A stretch of 64,000 nt of DNA from Candidatus Saccharimonadia bacterium (GTDB lineage Bacteria > Patescibacteriota > Saccharimonadia > UBA4664). The notes beneath the pieces are model-generated. The model had not been told where the DNA came from and did no database searches. It saw only the letters and a list, made by a program, of their open reading frames with translations. Shown piece by piece: positions 17,518 through 27,069 of the stretch (position 1 is its first letter; each line of letters opens with the position of its first letter). Made by a program: the position numbers and the translations under genes. The stretch spans positions 85-64,084 of the forward strand of contig DASXHH010000024.1 in the NCBI GenBank assembly GCA_036488585.1, in the 5' to 3' direction.

Positions 17518-18527
17518 GCGTCGGCGCGGCTAGCGGCTGGGGTCTTGGCGTGGCGGCGGGCCATGGTTTTGGCGGTGTGAGCGGCATGGTGGAGCTGGTC
17601 AAGGTAGGCGCGGATGGCCAGAGTAGCGCTTACCCCCTCCCCTACCGCGCTGGCGATCTGCCAGGTGGAGCCGGAGCGCACATCGCCGGCTGCATAAACG
17701 CCAGGCAGGCTGGTGGCGAAGTCATCTTGAGTGATTACGAAGCCGCCGGGATCAAGCTCGATGGTGGTGGCAAATGGCTGAGTGTTGGCCAAGAGCCCAA
17801 TAAACACAAAGACGGCGTCGGTACGAATATCATGCTCGTTGCCGGTAGCGGTGTCGCGGGCGTGCAGACCGGTGATGCGGGTGGTGTCGCCGCGCAGGCT
17901 ATCCACTACCGTGTTGTAGTGGAACGAGACATTGGGCAGGGCTTGCAGCTGTTCGCGTAGAATTTCAGTCCCACTCAACTGGGGCCCACGCACGAGCAGG
18001 GTAACATGTTTGGCGAACTTAGCGATAAAGAGGCTTTCTTGAATGGCGGAATTGCCGCCACCCACCACGGCGACGTCGCGGCCGCGGTAGAGTGGCGCGT
18101 CGCAGGTGGCACAAAAATGTACACCGCGTCCGATGTATTCCTGCTCGCCGGGTACACTGAGGTGTTTGTAGGTTGAGCCAGTGGCGATAAGTACGGCTTC
18201 GGCTTGGACCGCGCCGGCGGAGGTTTGAACATGAATGATGGATTCGGATCTGGTGAGGCCTTGAACCTCGACGCCGGTGTGAATTTCGGCTCCGAACCGC
18301 CGTGCGTGGTTTTCGAGATGCTCCGATAGATCAAGGCCGGAAACGCCCTGGTCGAAGCCGGGGTAATTGTCGATGCGATCGGTGATGGCAGCCAAGCCTC
18401 CCACTACGCTCTTGTCGAGCACGAGGGTACTCATACCTTCGCGGGTAGCATAAACTGCCGCCCCGAGCCCAGTTGGACCAGCGCCGATAATCACAAGTTC
18501 GTATTTGGTTTGAGCAAAAGTTGGCAT
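17514..18527 (-). CDS. trxB: Thioredoxin-disulfide reductase
   Basis: 'GAGPTG', redox 'CATCD', 'VGGGNSA', 'GVYAAGD'. Confidence 0.93.
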   Translation of the reverse strand: MPTFAQTKYELVIIGAGPTGLGAAVYATREGMSTLVLDKSVVGGLAAITDRIDNYPGFDQGVSGLDLSEHLENHARRFGAEIHTGVEVQGLTRSESIIHVQTSAGAVQAEAVLIATGSTYKHLSVPGEQEYIGRGVHFCATCDAPLYRGRDVAVVGGGNSAIQESLFIAKFAKHVTLLVRGPQLSGTEILREQLQALPNVSFHYNTVVDSLRGDTTRITGLHARDTATGNEHDIRTDAVFVFIGLLANTQPFATTIELDPGGFVITQDDFATSLPGVYAAGDVRSGSTWQIASAVGEGVSATLAIRAYLDQLHHAAHTAKTMARRHAKTPAASRADA

Positions 18528-18556
18528 GTTTTTATTGTACGCCCGCATGCAAGTCG

Positions 18557-19270
18557 CTAGGTAACGGATGTATGGAAGAGGTGGCCAATGAAGAAAGTGG
18601 CCGATGCGGCTATGATTAGTACCAAGAGTTGGCGTAGAGCCGGCCATCCTAAGTGTCCGCTCGTAATGTAGCCGAGGTAGGAGCCAATGCCTAGGGCCGC
18701 AAGTACGGATAGACCAAGCGAAACGAACACACCGGTCATGCCACTAAGGGCGAACCAGGGCGCGAGCGGAACGAAGGCGCCGATTGAGAATGTAATAAAC
18801 GATGAGGCGGCTGAACCCCAAGCGGCTCCCAGCTCGCCGGGATTAATGCCGAGCTCTCCGCGAGCATATACGGCCATGGCTTTCTCGGGATCATGGCTGA
18901 TCTCCAGGGCCGCAGCGTGGGCGGTATCTTTGGAAACACCATCGGCCATTAGAACTTTTTCGAGGGATTCATGGGCTGATTTGGGGTTGTCGTGCAACTG
19001 TTCGCGCTCGATTACGAGGACGCTTTGCAGTAGTTCTACCTGTCCACGCATTGAGATGTACTCGCCGACTGCCATTGAGCAAGCACCAGCGATGAGGCTG
19101 GCGATACCGGCTACGCGGACTAGATCTTGATGGGCTCCGGCAGCGGCCACTCCCAAGATAAGCGACACATTGGTGACGAGGCCGTCACTGATGCCGAGTA
19201 GTGCTGCCCGGGCCGTACCGCTTTGAGCGGTTTCGATTTTTCGGCGGTGAGTGTTGGAATTTTTATCCAT
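18557..19270 (-). CDS. VIT1/CCC1 family Fe/Mn transporter
   Basis: 'RAALLGISDGLVTN', 'AGACSMAVGEYIS', 'SFITFSIGAFVPLAPW'. Confidence 0.93.
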   Translation of the reverse strand: MDKNSNTHRRKIETAQSGTARAALLGISDGLVTNVSLILGVAAAGAHQDLVRVAGIASLIAGACSMAVGEYISMRGQVELLQSVLVIEREQLHDNPKSAHESLEKVLMADGVSKDTAHAAALEISHDPEKAMAVYARGELGINPGELGAAWGSAASSFITFSIGAFVPLAPWFALSGMTGVFVSLGLSVLAALGIGSYLGYITSGHLGWPALRQLLVLIIAASATFFIGHLFHTSVT

Positions 19271-19326
19271 GCAGGTCTCCGGAATTATTATAACGCGGCC
19301 GGCAACCATGATTTGCGATTGCGGCG

Positions 19327-19518
19327 TTACATTTTGAGGAAGCTGTATAGGTGGTAGACGAGAAAGGCCGGCCACACCAAGGCCTTAAGGAGTCCAAGTA
19401 CTCCAGTCCAGAATGTGGGTGCATGTTGCAGGTAGTAGATGGCTGAGCCGATCATCCCGAGAAAATACGCTCCCCCACCGGCTCCTGAGCCGCTCCTCCA
19501 CTTTCTATCGTGCGCCAT
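19327..19518 (-). CDS. Small two-TM membrane protein (63 aa)
   Basis: SD AGGAGG; 'GAYFLGMIGSAIYY...GLLKALVWPAFLVY' hydrophobic hairpin. Confidence 0.8.
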   Translation of the reverse strand: MAHDRKWRSGSGAGGGAYFLGMIGSAIYYLQHAPTFWTGVLGLLKALVWPAFLVYHLYSFLKM

Positions 19519-19565
19519 GGTGTGTAACCTCCTGCTCGTATTATGAGCTTTGTTTCATGGACGGA

Positions 19566-22091
19566 TCAATGGAAGTCTGACATGTGGTCTAGGGTGGTAT
19601 CGAGGTCGATGCCAGGGCCGAGCACAGGCTGCCAGAGATCGCCGACTTGATGGAGGCGATCCGGCATAGTGCGGATGGTGAAGGCTTTGGGATTGAGCTG
19701 GAGATTTACCTCGTCCCATGCTAGCGGGGTGGATACGGTGGCGCCCGGCACCGGTCGAACACAATACGGCGCGGCCATGGTTTGGCCGGCCCGGTTTTGC
19801 AGGAAGTCGAGGTAGACTTTGTGCTCGCGCTTGTCGGGATTGCGCTCCACGCTAGTGATGTCGGGTAGGCGGTCGTGGATTAGGTTCATGAGGATTTGGG
19901 CAAACTGCTTGCTTTGCTCGTAGGTATACTTGGCGCCGAGCGGGATGCAGATATGGAGGCCAGTCTTGCCGCTGGTTTTAACACAGGCGGTAACGTTGAG
20001 CTCGCCTAGAAGGCGATGGGCTTCCTGGGCCACGGTGATTATGGCGTCGAAGCCGATGGTTTTGGCGTCGAGATCGAGCAGGCAGTAATCCGGGCGGTCG
20101 GGGTCCGTAAAGCGGGAATGCCACGGGTTGAGCTCAATGCAGCCGAGGTTGGCCATATAAAGCAGGGTATCGCGGTCGTCCGCGACCAACCAGTGAATGT
20201 CTTTATGGTTTGATTCGGAGTAGAGAGGGACTGTTTTGACCCAATCGGGATGTTTTTCGACATCTTTTTGGAAAAAGCTACCACCCTCAATGCCATTGGG
20301 ATGACGATTGAGAGACTCGGGGCGATCTTTGAGGTATGGCAAAATAGTGTCTGCAATATGATCGTAGTAAGCGATGAGGTCGCCTTTGGTGAGGTGGTCG
20401 GCCGGCCAAAATAGTTTGTCTAGATGTGTGAGCTTAACTCGAGATGCCGTTGCGGTGAGCTCACTCCCCATCGCTGGCTGCGAAGAACCCTTCTCTTCGG
20501 TGTTGCCCTCAACATTGAGAGAGCCGGCTGTGTCGGGTGAACCACCTTGCGCCACGCTAGAGCTGGGTACTTCGCGTACTGCGCTTTTGGCGGGCTTGTC
20601 GTCGCGCAGGCCCTGGAATATGGGTTGGCGGAGGTGGCCGTCGGCGGTCCACTCGGCAAAGCTGATTTCGGCCAGGAGCTGGGGTTCAACCCATTGCACG
20701 GGCGTGTTGGTGGGAAATGATTCCACAAAGGGTGAGCTGGATCGTTCGAGGGGTTTTAGCCGTTCAAGCACTTCACTGAGCGTTTGATCGGTGAAGCCGC
20801 CGCCGCAATGCCCGATGTAATGGAGTTGGCCGTGCGTATCGTAGAGGCCGAGTACGAGCGCGCCGAGGTTTTTGCGGCCACCACGGGGTTCGGTATAACC
20901 GCCGATAACGGCCTCTTGGCGGAGATGGGTTTTTATTTTAAGCCAATCATGGGAACGTTTGCCGGCGCGGTAGGGACTGGAAGCGGCTTTGGCCATGATG
21001 CCTTCGAGCTGTTGGTCTTGAGCTAGCTGGAAAAACCGTTTACCCTCCCCTACCACATGATCGCTGAGGCGGGTGTGTTTGAGGGGTGCTACTAGCTGGG
21101 CAAGCAACTCTTTGCGCCGAGTTAGCGGCAGGTCGCGGAGGTCGTGGCCGCCGGCAAACGGCAGGTCGAAGACATAGTAAACAAGATTGCCGACACCGGT
21201 TTGTTGGTAGTTTTGGAGCGCACTGAAGGTGGAGCGACCATGCTCGTCGATGACCACCATTTCGCCATCGAGAATACAATCTAGACGCAAATCGGCAAGT
21301 TCGTCGGCCACCGGTTGGTAGCGGCTAGTGTAATCTTGGTGGTTGCGGGTGAGCAGCTGTACACGGCCGTCTCGCAGATGGGCCATGATGCGGTAGCCGT
21401 CCCACTTGATTTCGTAGAGCCAGTCGGGATCGTTGGTGGGCTCGTCTGCAAGAGTGGCGAGCATAGGATCAAGCACGGCAGGCTGATCGGCTTTCGGTGC
21501 GTCCGAGAGATCAAGTTGCGGCACATCAAGCCACTGACCGGGCCCTTCGGCGATTTCGCCCATGGTACGGCCGGATAATACCGAACGGTCTTGGTGAGTG
21601 ACGTCAGTTTCGGAAGCGTGTTCATCTTTGTGCTTAATGAGTAGCCAGGAGTTTTCTTCATGGCCATGGGTTTTTACGAGCACCCAGCTACCTGCCAGTT
21701 TGTGGCCATGTAGGATGAACTTGAGCTCACCTTTGTCCAGCCCCGGTGACTGCGGCTCCTCTTCCCATGTACCCTCATCCCAGACCATAACGGTACCGGC
21801 GCCATAGTTGCCCTCTGGAATGGTACCTTCGAAGTCCCGGTACTCTAACGGATGGTCTTCGACCATCATGGCTAGGCGTTTGTCTGCTGGGTTGGGCGAT
21901 GGCCCCTTAGGTACGGCCCAGCTTTTGAGTACGCCACCGAGTTCGAGCCGGAAGTCATAATGCAGGCGGCTGGCTTCGTGTTTTTGGATTACGAAGCGCA
22001 ACGGGCTTCCGACAGCGGATGCATTGGAAGCACCGGAAGGCTCGGGTGTGCTATCGAATCGGCGTTTGCGCTGGTATTCGGAGAGGCCCAT
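19566..22091 (-). CDS. ligD: NHEJ DNA ligase D (phosphoesterase-ligase-polymerase)
   Basis: PE 'HEASRLHYDFRLE', ligase 'EIKWDGYR', primase-polymerase 'DLD...KTSGKTGLH'. Confidence 0.97.
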   Translation of the reverse strand: MGLSEYQRKRRFDSTPEPSGASNASAVGSPLRFVIQKHEASRLHYDFRLELGGVLKSWAVPKGPSPNPADKRLAMMVEDHPLEYRDFEGTIPEGNYGAGTVMVWDEGTWEEEPQSPGLDKGELKFILHGHKLAGSWVLVKTHGHEENSWLLIKHKDEHASETDVTHQDRSVLSGRTMGEIAEGPGQWLDVPQLDLSDAPKADQPAVLDPMLATLADEPTNDPDWLYEIKWDGYRIMAHLRDGRVQLLTRNHQDYTSRYQPVADELADLRLDCILDGEMVVIDEHGRSTFSALQNYQQTGVGNLVYYVFDLPFAGGHDLRDLPLTRRKELLAQLVAPLKHTRLSDHVVGEGKRFFQLAQDQQLEGIMAKAASSPYRAGKRSHDWLKIKTHLRQEAVIGGYTEPRGGRKNLGALVLGLYDTHGQLHYIGHCGGGFTDQTLSEVLERLKPLERSSSPFVESFPTNTPVQWVEPQLLAEISFAEWTADGHLRQPIFQGLRDDKPAKSAVREVPSSSVAQGGSPDTAGSLNVEGNTEEKGSSQPAMGSELTATASRVKLTHLDKLFWPADHLTKGDLIAYYDHIADTILPYLKDRPESLNRHPNGIEGGSFFQKDVEKHPDWVKTVPLYSESNHKDIHWLVADDRDTLLYMANLGCIELNPWHSRFTDPDRPDYCLLDLDAKTIGFDAIITVAQEAHRLLGELNVTACVKTSGKTGLHICIPLGAKYTYEQSKQFAQILMNLIHDRLPDITSVERNPDKREHKVYLDFLQNRAGQTMAAPYCVRPVPGATVSTPLAWDEVNLQLNPKAFTIRTMPDRLHQVGDLWQPVLGPGIDLDTTLDHMSDFH

Positions 22092-22092
22092 G

Positions 22093-22881
22093 CTACTTGC
22101 CGGTGGTCTTGGCCTTTTCCTTCTCGAGTGATTCCTTGAGCATAGCCATCAAGTCCTTGGCGGGCGTGGCAGAGGGGGCTTTGCCCTCGGCCTTGGGTGC
22201 CTTGCCCTTCAATTTGGCCTCGATCATGGCTTCTAGCTCTTCGGTATAGCTGTCTTTGTAGTCCTCGGGAACAAAGGGACCGGTGAGCTGGTCGATGAGT
22301 TTGAGGGCCATGTCGATCTCTTTGCCGGTGGCAATTTTAGCGTCGGGTAGATCGAGCTGGCGGGGTTCACGCAAATCCGAGGGAAAGCGTAGCTGGTTGA
22401 GTACCAAGGCGCGGCCCACTGGTTTAATGGCGGCCAGATGCTCGCGTTGGCGTAGCACAAACTTAGCCACCGCGATCTTGTGACTGCGCTTCAGCGCCTC
22501 ACGCAGCAGGGCGTAGGGCTTCTCGGAATTCTTGTCGGGCTCGAGATAATAGGGCTTCTCGTAATAACGCACGTCGAGCTCTTGCTCGTCCGTGAACTCC
22601 TCGATGTCGATGGTCTTAGTTTTGCGGGAATTAACCTTGTCGAAGTCTGCGTCCGTAAGCACCACGTAATCGCCATCCTGATACTCGTAACCTTTTACGA
22701 TGTCATCGTAGGGCACTTCTTGGCCGTCTTTGCGGCAGATTTTGGCATAACGAATCGGCGACAAGTCGTCTTTGTGCAGCATGTTTAACTCAATGCCACC
22801 CCGACTCTCGCTGCCACTGTAGAGCCGTACGGGAATGTTGATAAGGCCAAAACTAAGTGATCCAGTCCAAATTGCTCTCAT
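22093..22881 (-). CDS. ku: NHEJ DNA end-binding protein Ku
   Basis: 'MRAIWTGSLSFGLINIPVRLY', 'DLMAMLKESL'; adjacent to ligD. Confidence 0.97.
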   Translation of the reverse strand: MRAIWTGSLSFGLINIPVRLYSGSESRGGIELNMLHKDDLSPIRYAKICRKDGQEVPYDDIVKGYEYQDGDYVVLTDADFDKVNSRKTKTIDIEEFTDEQELDVRYYEKPYYLEPDKNSEKPYALLREALKRSHKIAVAKFVLRQREHLAAIKPVGRALVLNQLRFPSDLREPRQLDLPDAKIATGKEIDMALKLIDQLTGPFVPEDYKDSYTEELEAMIEAKLKGKAPKAEGKAPSATPAKDLMAMLKESLEKEKAKTTGK

Positions 22882-23019
22882 GTAATAAATGTAGCATAGC
22901 CGCGGGTCGGCGTTTGGGGCATTTTGCCAATTCGCTCGGCAGTTTTGTGGGCGCGCATATGGACTTGGCTGATGGCAACGGATATAGATAGCCAGGTAGC
23001 AGAGGGTCAGGAGGACGAG

Positions 23020-24084
23020 ATGAAGATTGGTTATACGTTATCGAGTGAAGAATTTTCGGCACCGGAGTTGCTTCGTTATGCGGCTGGGGCTGAAGAGGCG
23101 GGATTTGATTTTGTGGGGATCTCGGACCATTTCGCACCCTGGACTGAGACGCAGGGTAACAGTCCGTTTTCATGGACTGTGATTGGCGCACTGTCACAGG
23201 TGACCGAGCGGATGGAAGTATTTGTGGAAGTGGTGTGCCCGATAATGCGATACCATCCGGCGATTGTGGCGCAGGCGGCGGCCACTAGCGCGTCGTTGCT
23301 GGAGGGTCGGTTTGTGCTCGGATTGGGTACCGGCGAGCTGCTGAACGAACACATCGTGGGACGGGGCTGGCCGCGCGTGGGTGTGCGCCGGGAAATGCTG
23401 TCGGAGGCGATCGATATTATTCGCAAGCTATGGCGGGGAGGAATGGTCAGCCACAACGGTCAGTATTTTCAGCTAGATGACGCGAAGATTTACAGTTTGC
23501 CACGTGAGCTGCCGAAGATCGTAGTGTCGGCGTTTGGGCCGAAGGCACTGGCACTAGCTGCGAGTAAGGGTGATGGATTGGTGTCGCTGATGCCGGATCG
23601 TAAGGTGATCGAACAATTCGACGAGCAGGGTGGTGCCGGCAAGCCAAAATATGGCCAAATGCACGTGTGCTACGCGCACGATGAGGACGAGGCGCGGCAG
23701 ACAGCATACAAATATTGGCCGGTGGCAGGTGTGGCACGGCCGCTGATGTCGGAACTGAGGCTGCCGTCGTACTTTCAGGAGGCGGCCGAGACGATCGACG
23801 AGCAGACGGCCACCAAGAGCGTAGTGCTGGGTCCGGACCCACGGACGTACGTGGAGCAGATCCGTAAATTTAGGGAGGCGGGATACGACCACGTGTATAT
23901 GCACCAGATCGGCCCGAACCAACGGGAATTCTTGGAGTTTTGCAGGCGAGAATTGAGGCCGGAGTTGGAGTCGGTGTTGGCGAATGGCGAGCAGGCCGAA
24001 AGTTGGGCTTGGCGAGCTGAAGAGCGGCAGTTGCTGTTTAGGGAGTCACTGGACGAGGCCGATCGTGACGGCGAAGCTAACTAA
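23020..24084 (+). CDS. F420-dependent LLM-class oxidoreductase (TIGR03557-like)
   Basis: 'IGYTLSSEE', 'ISDHFAPW', 'RYHPAIVAQAAAT', 'LGLGTGELLNEH', 'HQIGPNQ'; SD AGGAGG. Confidence 0.88.
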   Translation: MKIGYTLSSEEFSAPELLRYAAGAEEAGFDFVGISDHFAPWTETQGNSPFSWTVIGALSQVTERMEVFVEVVCPIMRYHPAIVAQAAATSASLLEGRFVLGLGTGELLNEHIVGRGWPRVGVRREMLSEAIDIIRKLWRGGMVSHNGQYFQLDDAKIYSLPRELPKIVVSAFGPKALALAASKGDGLVSLMPDRKVIEQFDEQGGAGKPKYGQMHVCYAHDEDEARQTAYKYWPVAGVARPLMSELRLPSYFQEAAETIDEQTATKSVVLGPDPRTYVEQIRKFREAGYDHVYMHQIGPNQREFLEFCRRELRPELESVLANGEQAESWAWRAEERQLLFRESLDEADRDGEAN

Positions 24085-24223
24085 GCAGACTGGTCCGGGA
24101 AACGCTTGAGCACTAGGGCAGGGCCGGTCTACCAGGACGCGGTGGCCGTCAGAGAGGGTTCGGGTAGGAGGTAACCGCGTTTGATTTTGACCAGCGCACC
24201 CATTTTAGAACATAATTAGGCAT

Positions 24224-25195
24224 ATGAGTTTTCAAACAGGTATACCTCCGGCAGATTGGGATGAGACACTAGCGAAACATGGCGGGCATGTGTTGCAGAG
24301 CCGGGGTTGGGCAGAATTTCAACAGGCTTTGGGCAAGGAGATAGTGTACGCGAGCGGCGATGGCTGGTGCTGGATGGGCTACCTGGAACGGCGGCGTGGT
24401 GGGCAGTTCCTGTATACGCCTTATGGCCCTGTTGCGAAGAGTGAGTCGGCGTTGCGGCAGGCAATCCAAAATTTGAAGTCGGGTGCCGGTGATTTGCGGG
24501 TCGATTTTGTTCGGCTAGAGCCGGTGGGCGCAGCGACGCCGGCTGGTTTGCGCGCATGGGGTGGGCGCCTAGTGGACGAAAATCAACCCAGGCGCACCAT
24601 CGTGATGAATCTAGCGGACAGCGTCGATGAGCTGAAGCATGGATTGGCGCAGAGTAATCGTAACCTGATCAACACGGCTGAGGCGCGCGGAGTTCGACTG
24701 GAGCGGGCTGAGTCAGCAGAAGCAACCGGGCCGTTTATGGACCTGGTCGCCCAAACTGTACGACATCAGAAAATCCATCTCTACGATGAGCGGTACTTTA
24801 AGACATTATTTGAAACGCTTATGCCCTTGGGCATGGTTCAGCTGCACTATGCGACCTATCAGGGTAGGCATGCTGCTTCGGCAGTGACGCTTGATTTCGC
24901 GGATACTCGGTACTACCTATTTGCGGCTTCGGATTTCGAACTCAACCGAGAAGCAAAGGCGGCGGTCCCCCTGCTTTGGAGTTTGATTATGGATGCCAAA
25001 GAGGCTGGCTTGGGGCAGTTCGATTTCTACGGGATCGCGCCAACCGATGACCCGAATGACAAGAAAGCTGGTATCACCCGGTTCAAGAGGTCGTTTTGCG
25101 ATAATGTAGTAACACGCGTGGGGACCTGGGAGATCCCGGTGCGAACCATGAAGTACCACTTATACGCAGTTGCAAAGCGAGCGATGTCTAAATAA
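24224..25195 (+). CDS. FemABX family peptidoglycan bridge peptidyltransferase
   Basis: 'HVLQSRGWAEF', 'YTPYGP', 'FDFYGI...GITRFKRSF'. Confidence 0.92.
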   Translation: MSFQTGIPPADWDETLAKHGGHVLQSRGWAEFQQALGKEIVYASGDGWCWMGYLERRRGGQFLYTPYGPVAKSESALRQAIQNLKSGAGDLRVDFVRLEPVGAATPAGLRAWGGRLVDENQPRRTIVMNLADSVDELKHGLAQSNRNLINTAEARGVRLERAESAEATGPFMDLVAQTVRHQKIHLYDERYFKTLFETLMPLGMVQLHYATYQGRHAASAVTLDFADTRYYLFAASDFELNREAKAAVPLLWSLIMDAKEAGLGQFDFYGIAPTDDPNDKKAGITRFKRSFCDNVVTRVGTWEIPVRTMKYHLYAVAKRAMSK

Positions 25196-25217
25196 GCTGC
25201 TACTAATGGGCCGTTGC

Positions 25218-26237
25218 TTAAGGGGTGAATACTCTCAGGTATTGCACTTCTTCGTAACCGGCTCCAGCCGGCCAGCTGGCGTGGTTCGGGTCATCCGCGT
25301 TCGGTCCGCTGATGCCCCAGTTGATGTACTGGCTGTTGTGGGCTAGAACGCTTGCGGGAACCGAGGCGTAGAGCTTACCGTTGATGTATACGTTGGCTCC
25401 TGCATAGTTGGCCTTGAACTCCATATCTACGACGTTCCAGCCAGGTACGGCATCGTTGGCCGGAGTGCTGGATAGTTTAGGGTTGTCCCAGCTAGCGGTA
25501 CCAATGGACTGGGGTGAACTGCTTGATCCATAGTGATACGTGACGTAGCTTTGTCCGTACTGCGTCTCGATGGCGTCAAGTTCGCCGGTAGCTGGCCAGT
25601 TAGTGCCGTCCGTCCAGTAACTAGCCCAGTCGATGAGCGTACTGCCACTTCCAGGTAACCAGACCTTCGATTCAACCACCGTACCGTTAGTGGATATCAA
25701 GCTAGCCGAGCGGATATGCCCACAGTCGGTGTTACTACCAGCCGAGGCGGCGGTACCCCGCGTTGATAATTTGACCGCATCGTTGGCTGCATCGTACGTG
25801 GTGTTGCTAGTGGGGCACGAACCCCCGCCTTCTTGGGTGTTGTTGGCATTTTGAGCCCAGTTGCCGGAAGTCATCTGGCTGGCGGTGTATGACTGCGAGA
25901 GCACGCTATAACTACTCAAAGCCGAGGCGTATGGTAGCGAGGACGAGCCGCCGCCCGTAGGGGTAGGTGTGGGTGTAGAGATTGAGGTTGGGGTAGGCGT
26001 GGAGCTAGATCCCGTTCCAAACTTGACCGCCTTACCGCCTATGGCCGTGCTGTTTGTCACAAGGGAAGCATTTCCGGCGATGGTACCAGATTGGGCGAGC
26101 ATACTAATTGCGGCGCCTGTGGCAGCGAAGGTGGCCAATACCAATACTGCCCCCGCTACCACAAAGACGATGATAAAAGGGGTCGATCTCACTCGCTTTG
26201 GTTTTAGAAGTTCGCGTACGCGTATTTTATATGCCAC
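25218..26237 (-). CDS. Membrane-anchored GH16-like glycoside hydrolase with Pro/Thr linker
   Basis: N-terminal TM, TPTPT linker, GH16 motif 'WPATGELDAIET'. Confidence 0.75.
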   Translation of the reverse strand: MAYKIRVRELLKPKRVRSTPFIIVFVVAGAVLVLATFAATGAAISMLAQSGTIAGNASLVTNSTAIGGKAVKFGTGSSSTPTPTSISTPTPTPTGGGSSSLPYASALSSYSVLSQSYTASQMTSGNWAQNANNTQEGGGSCPTSNTTYDAANDAVKLSTRGTAASAGSNTDCGHIRSASLISTNGTVVESKVWLPGSGSTLIDWASYWTDGTNWPATGELDAIETQYGQSYVTYHYGSSSSPQSIGTASWDNPKLSSTPANDAVPGWNVVDMEFKANYAGANVYINGKLYASVPASVLAHNSQYINWGISGPNADDPNHASWPAGAGYEEVQYLRVFTP

Positions 26238-26392
26238 CTTTTAAGGATGTTCTGTGAACAAATTATAATGCCTGTGGTTATTCAAGCACAGGGTAACACA
26301 TTGGTGTATGAATCTTATAGTAAAGGGTGCGAAGCAATAATCGATCGAGTTTCAAAGTGAGTGTTGCTCAAATAACCCGCTATACTGGGGGC

Positions 26393-26836
26393 ATGTATGA
26401 AGCCTCGGTGTCAGTGGATTTCGAGTGTAGCCGGGAGGTCGTGTACGGGATTTTGTCTAATCTCGGTCGATATCCGGAATGGAACCACGGCATGATTTAT
26501 ATCTCGCATACAGGGCCGATGTACGCGGGATTGAAATTTGAAACGCGGACACGAGTGCTGGGGCAAATCAACGCCGCTGACGTGGAGGTAGTGCATTTGG
26601 TCCCCCCTGCCTTGATTCGGCTTCAGAGTAAAACCGGACTGGTCAGCTACAACGCTGTGTACCGGCTGAAGGATAGGGCCAATGGTGGATCGATGGTGAC
26701 ATGTGACCTTAAATTCGAGTTTAGTAAGGCTGTGCTTAGTTTGGCACACGAAGCGATTGAGGGCATGGCTCGCGACCGTCTGGAGAACGACTTACTCAAG
26801 TTGGCGAAAATTTTGGATAACAAGGCTTATCACTAG
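26393..26836 (+). CDS. SRPBCC (START/Bet v1-like) family protein
   Basis: 'SREVVYGILSNLGRYPEWN' and C-terminal amphipathic helix; TATACT-N6-ATG. Confidence 0.8.
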   Translation: MYEASVSVDFECSREVVYGILSNLGRYPEWNHGMIYISHTGPMYAGLKFETRTRVLGQINAADVEVVHLVPPALIRLQSKTGLVSYNAVYRLKDRANGGSMVTCDLKFEFSKAVLSLAHEAIEGMARDRLENDLLKLAKILDNKAYH

Positions 26837-27069
26837 GGAGGGGATGCAAAACAATAGTTAAGCCGACAAGTGCCAGCCGCCTGGAGATTTAATACGTGAT
26901 TCAATCTTCGGGTAGTTGTCTGCGCAAACGTGCACGGTGGGATTGGAATTGGGCGGAAAACAGCCGACTGCATAGCGCTAAATCGGCCGTTTGAGGAGAA
27001 ATAACGCTTATGGACGCCTGGCTAGGGTTATTGGGACATTATCCGAGTACCGGTGACAGCAAAAACGCT

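Noticed and set aside
24085-24190. Two GC-rich pairings after the LLM gene (GACTGGTCC/GGGCCGGTC; ACGCGGT/ACCGCGT)
   Set aside because: No match to an ncRNA I recognise; most simply a terminator region.
26837-27069. Tiny SD-preceded ORFs in the intergenic region
   Set aside because: Too short and featureless to support.
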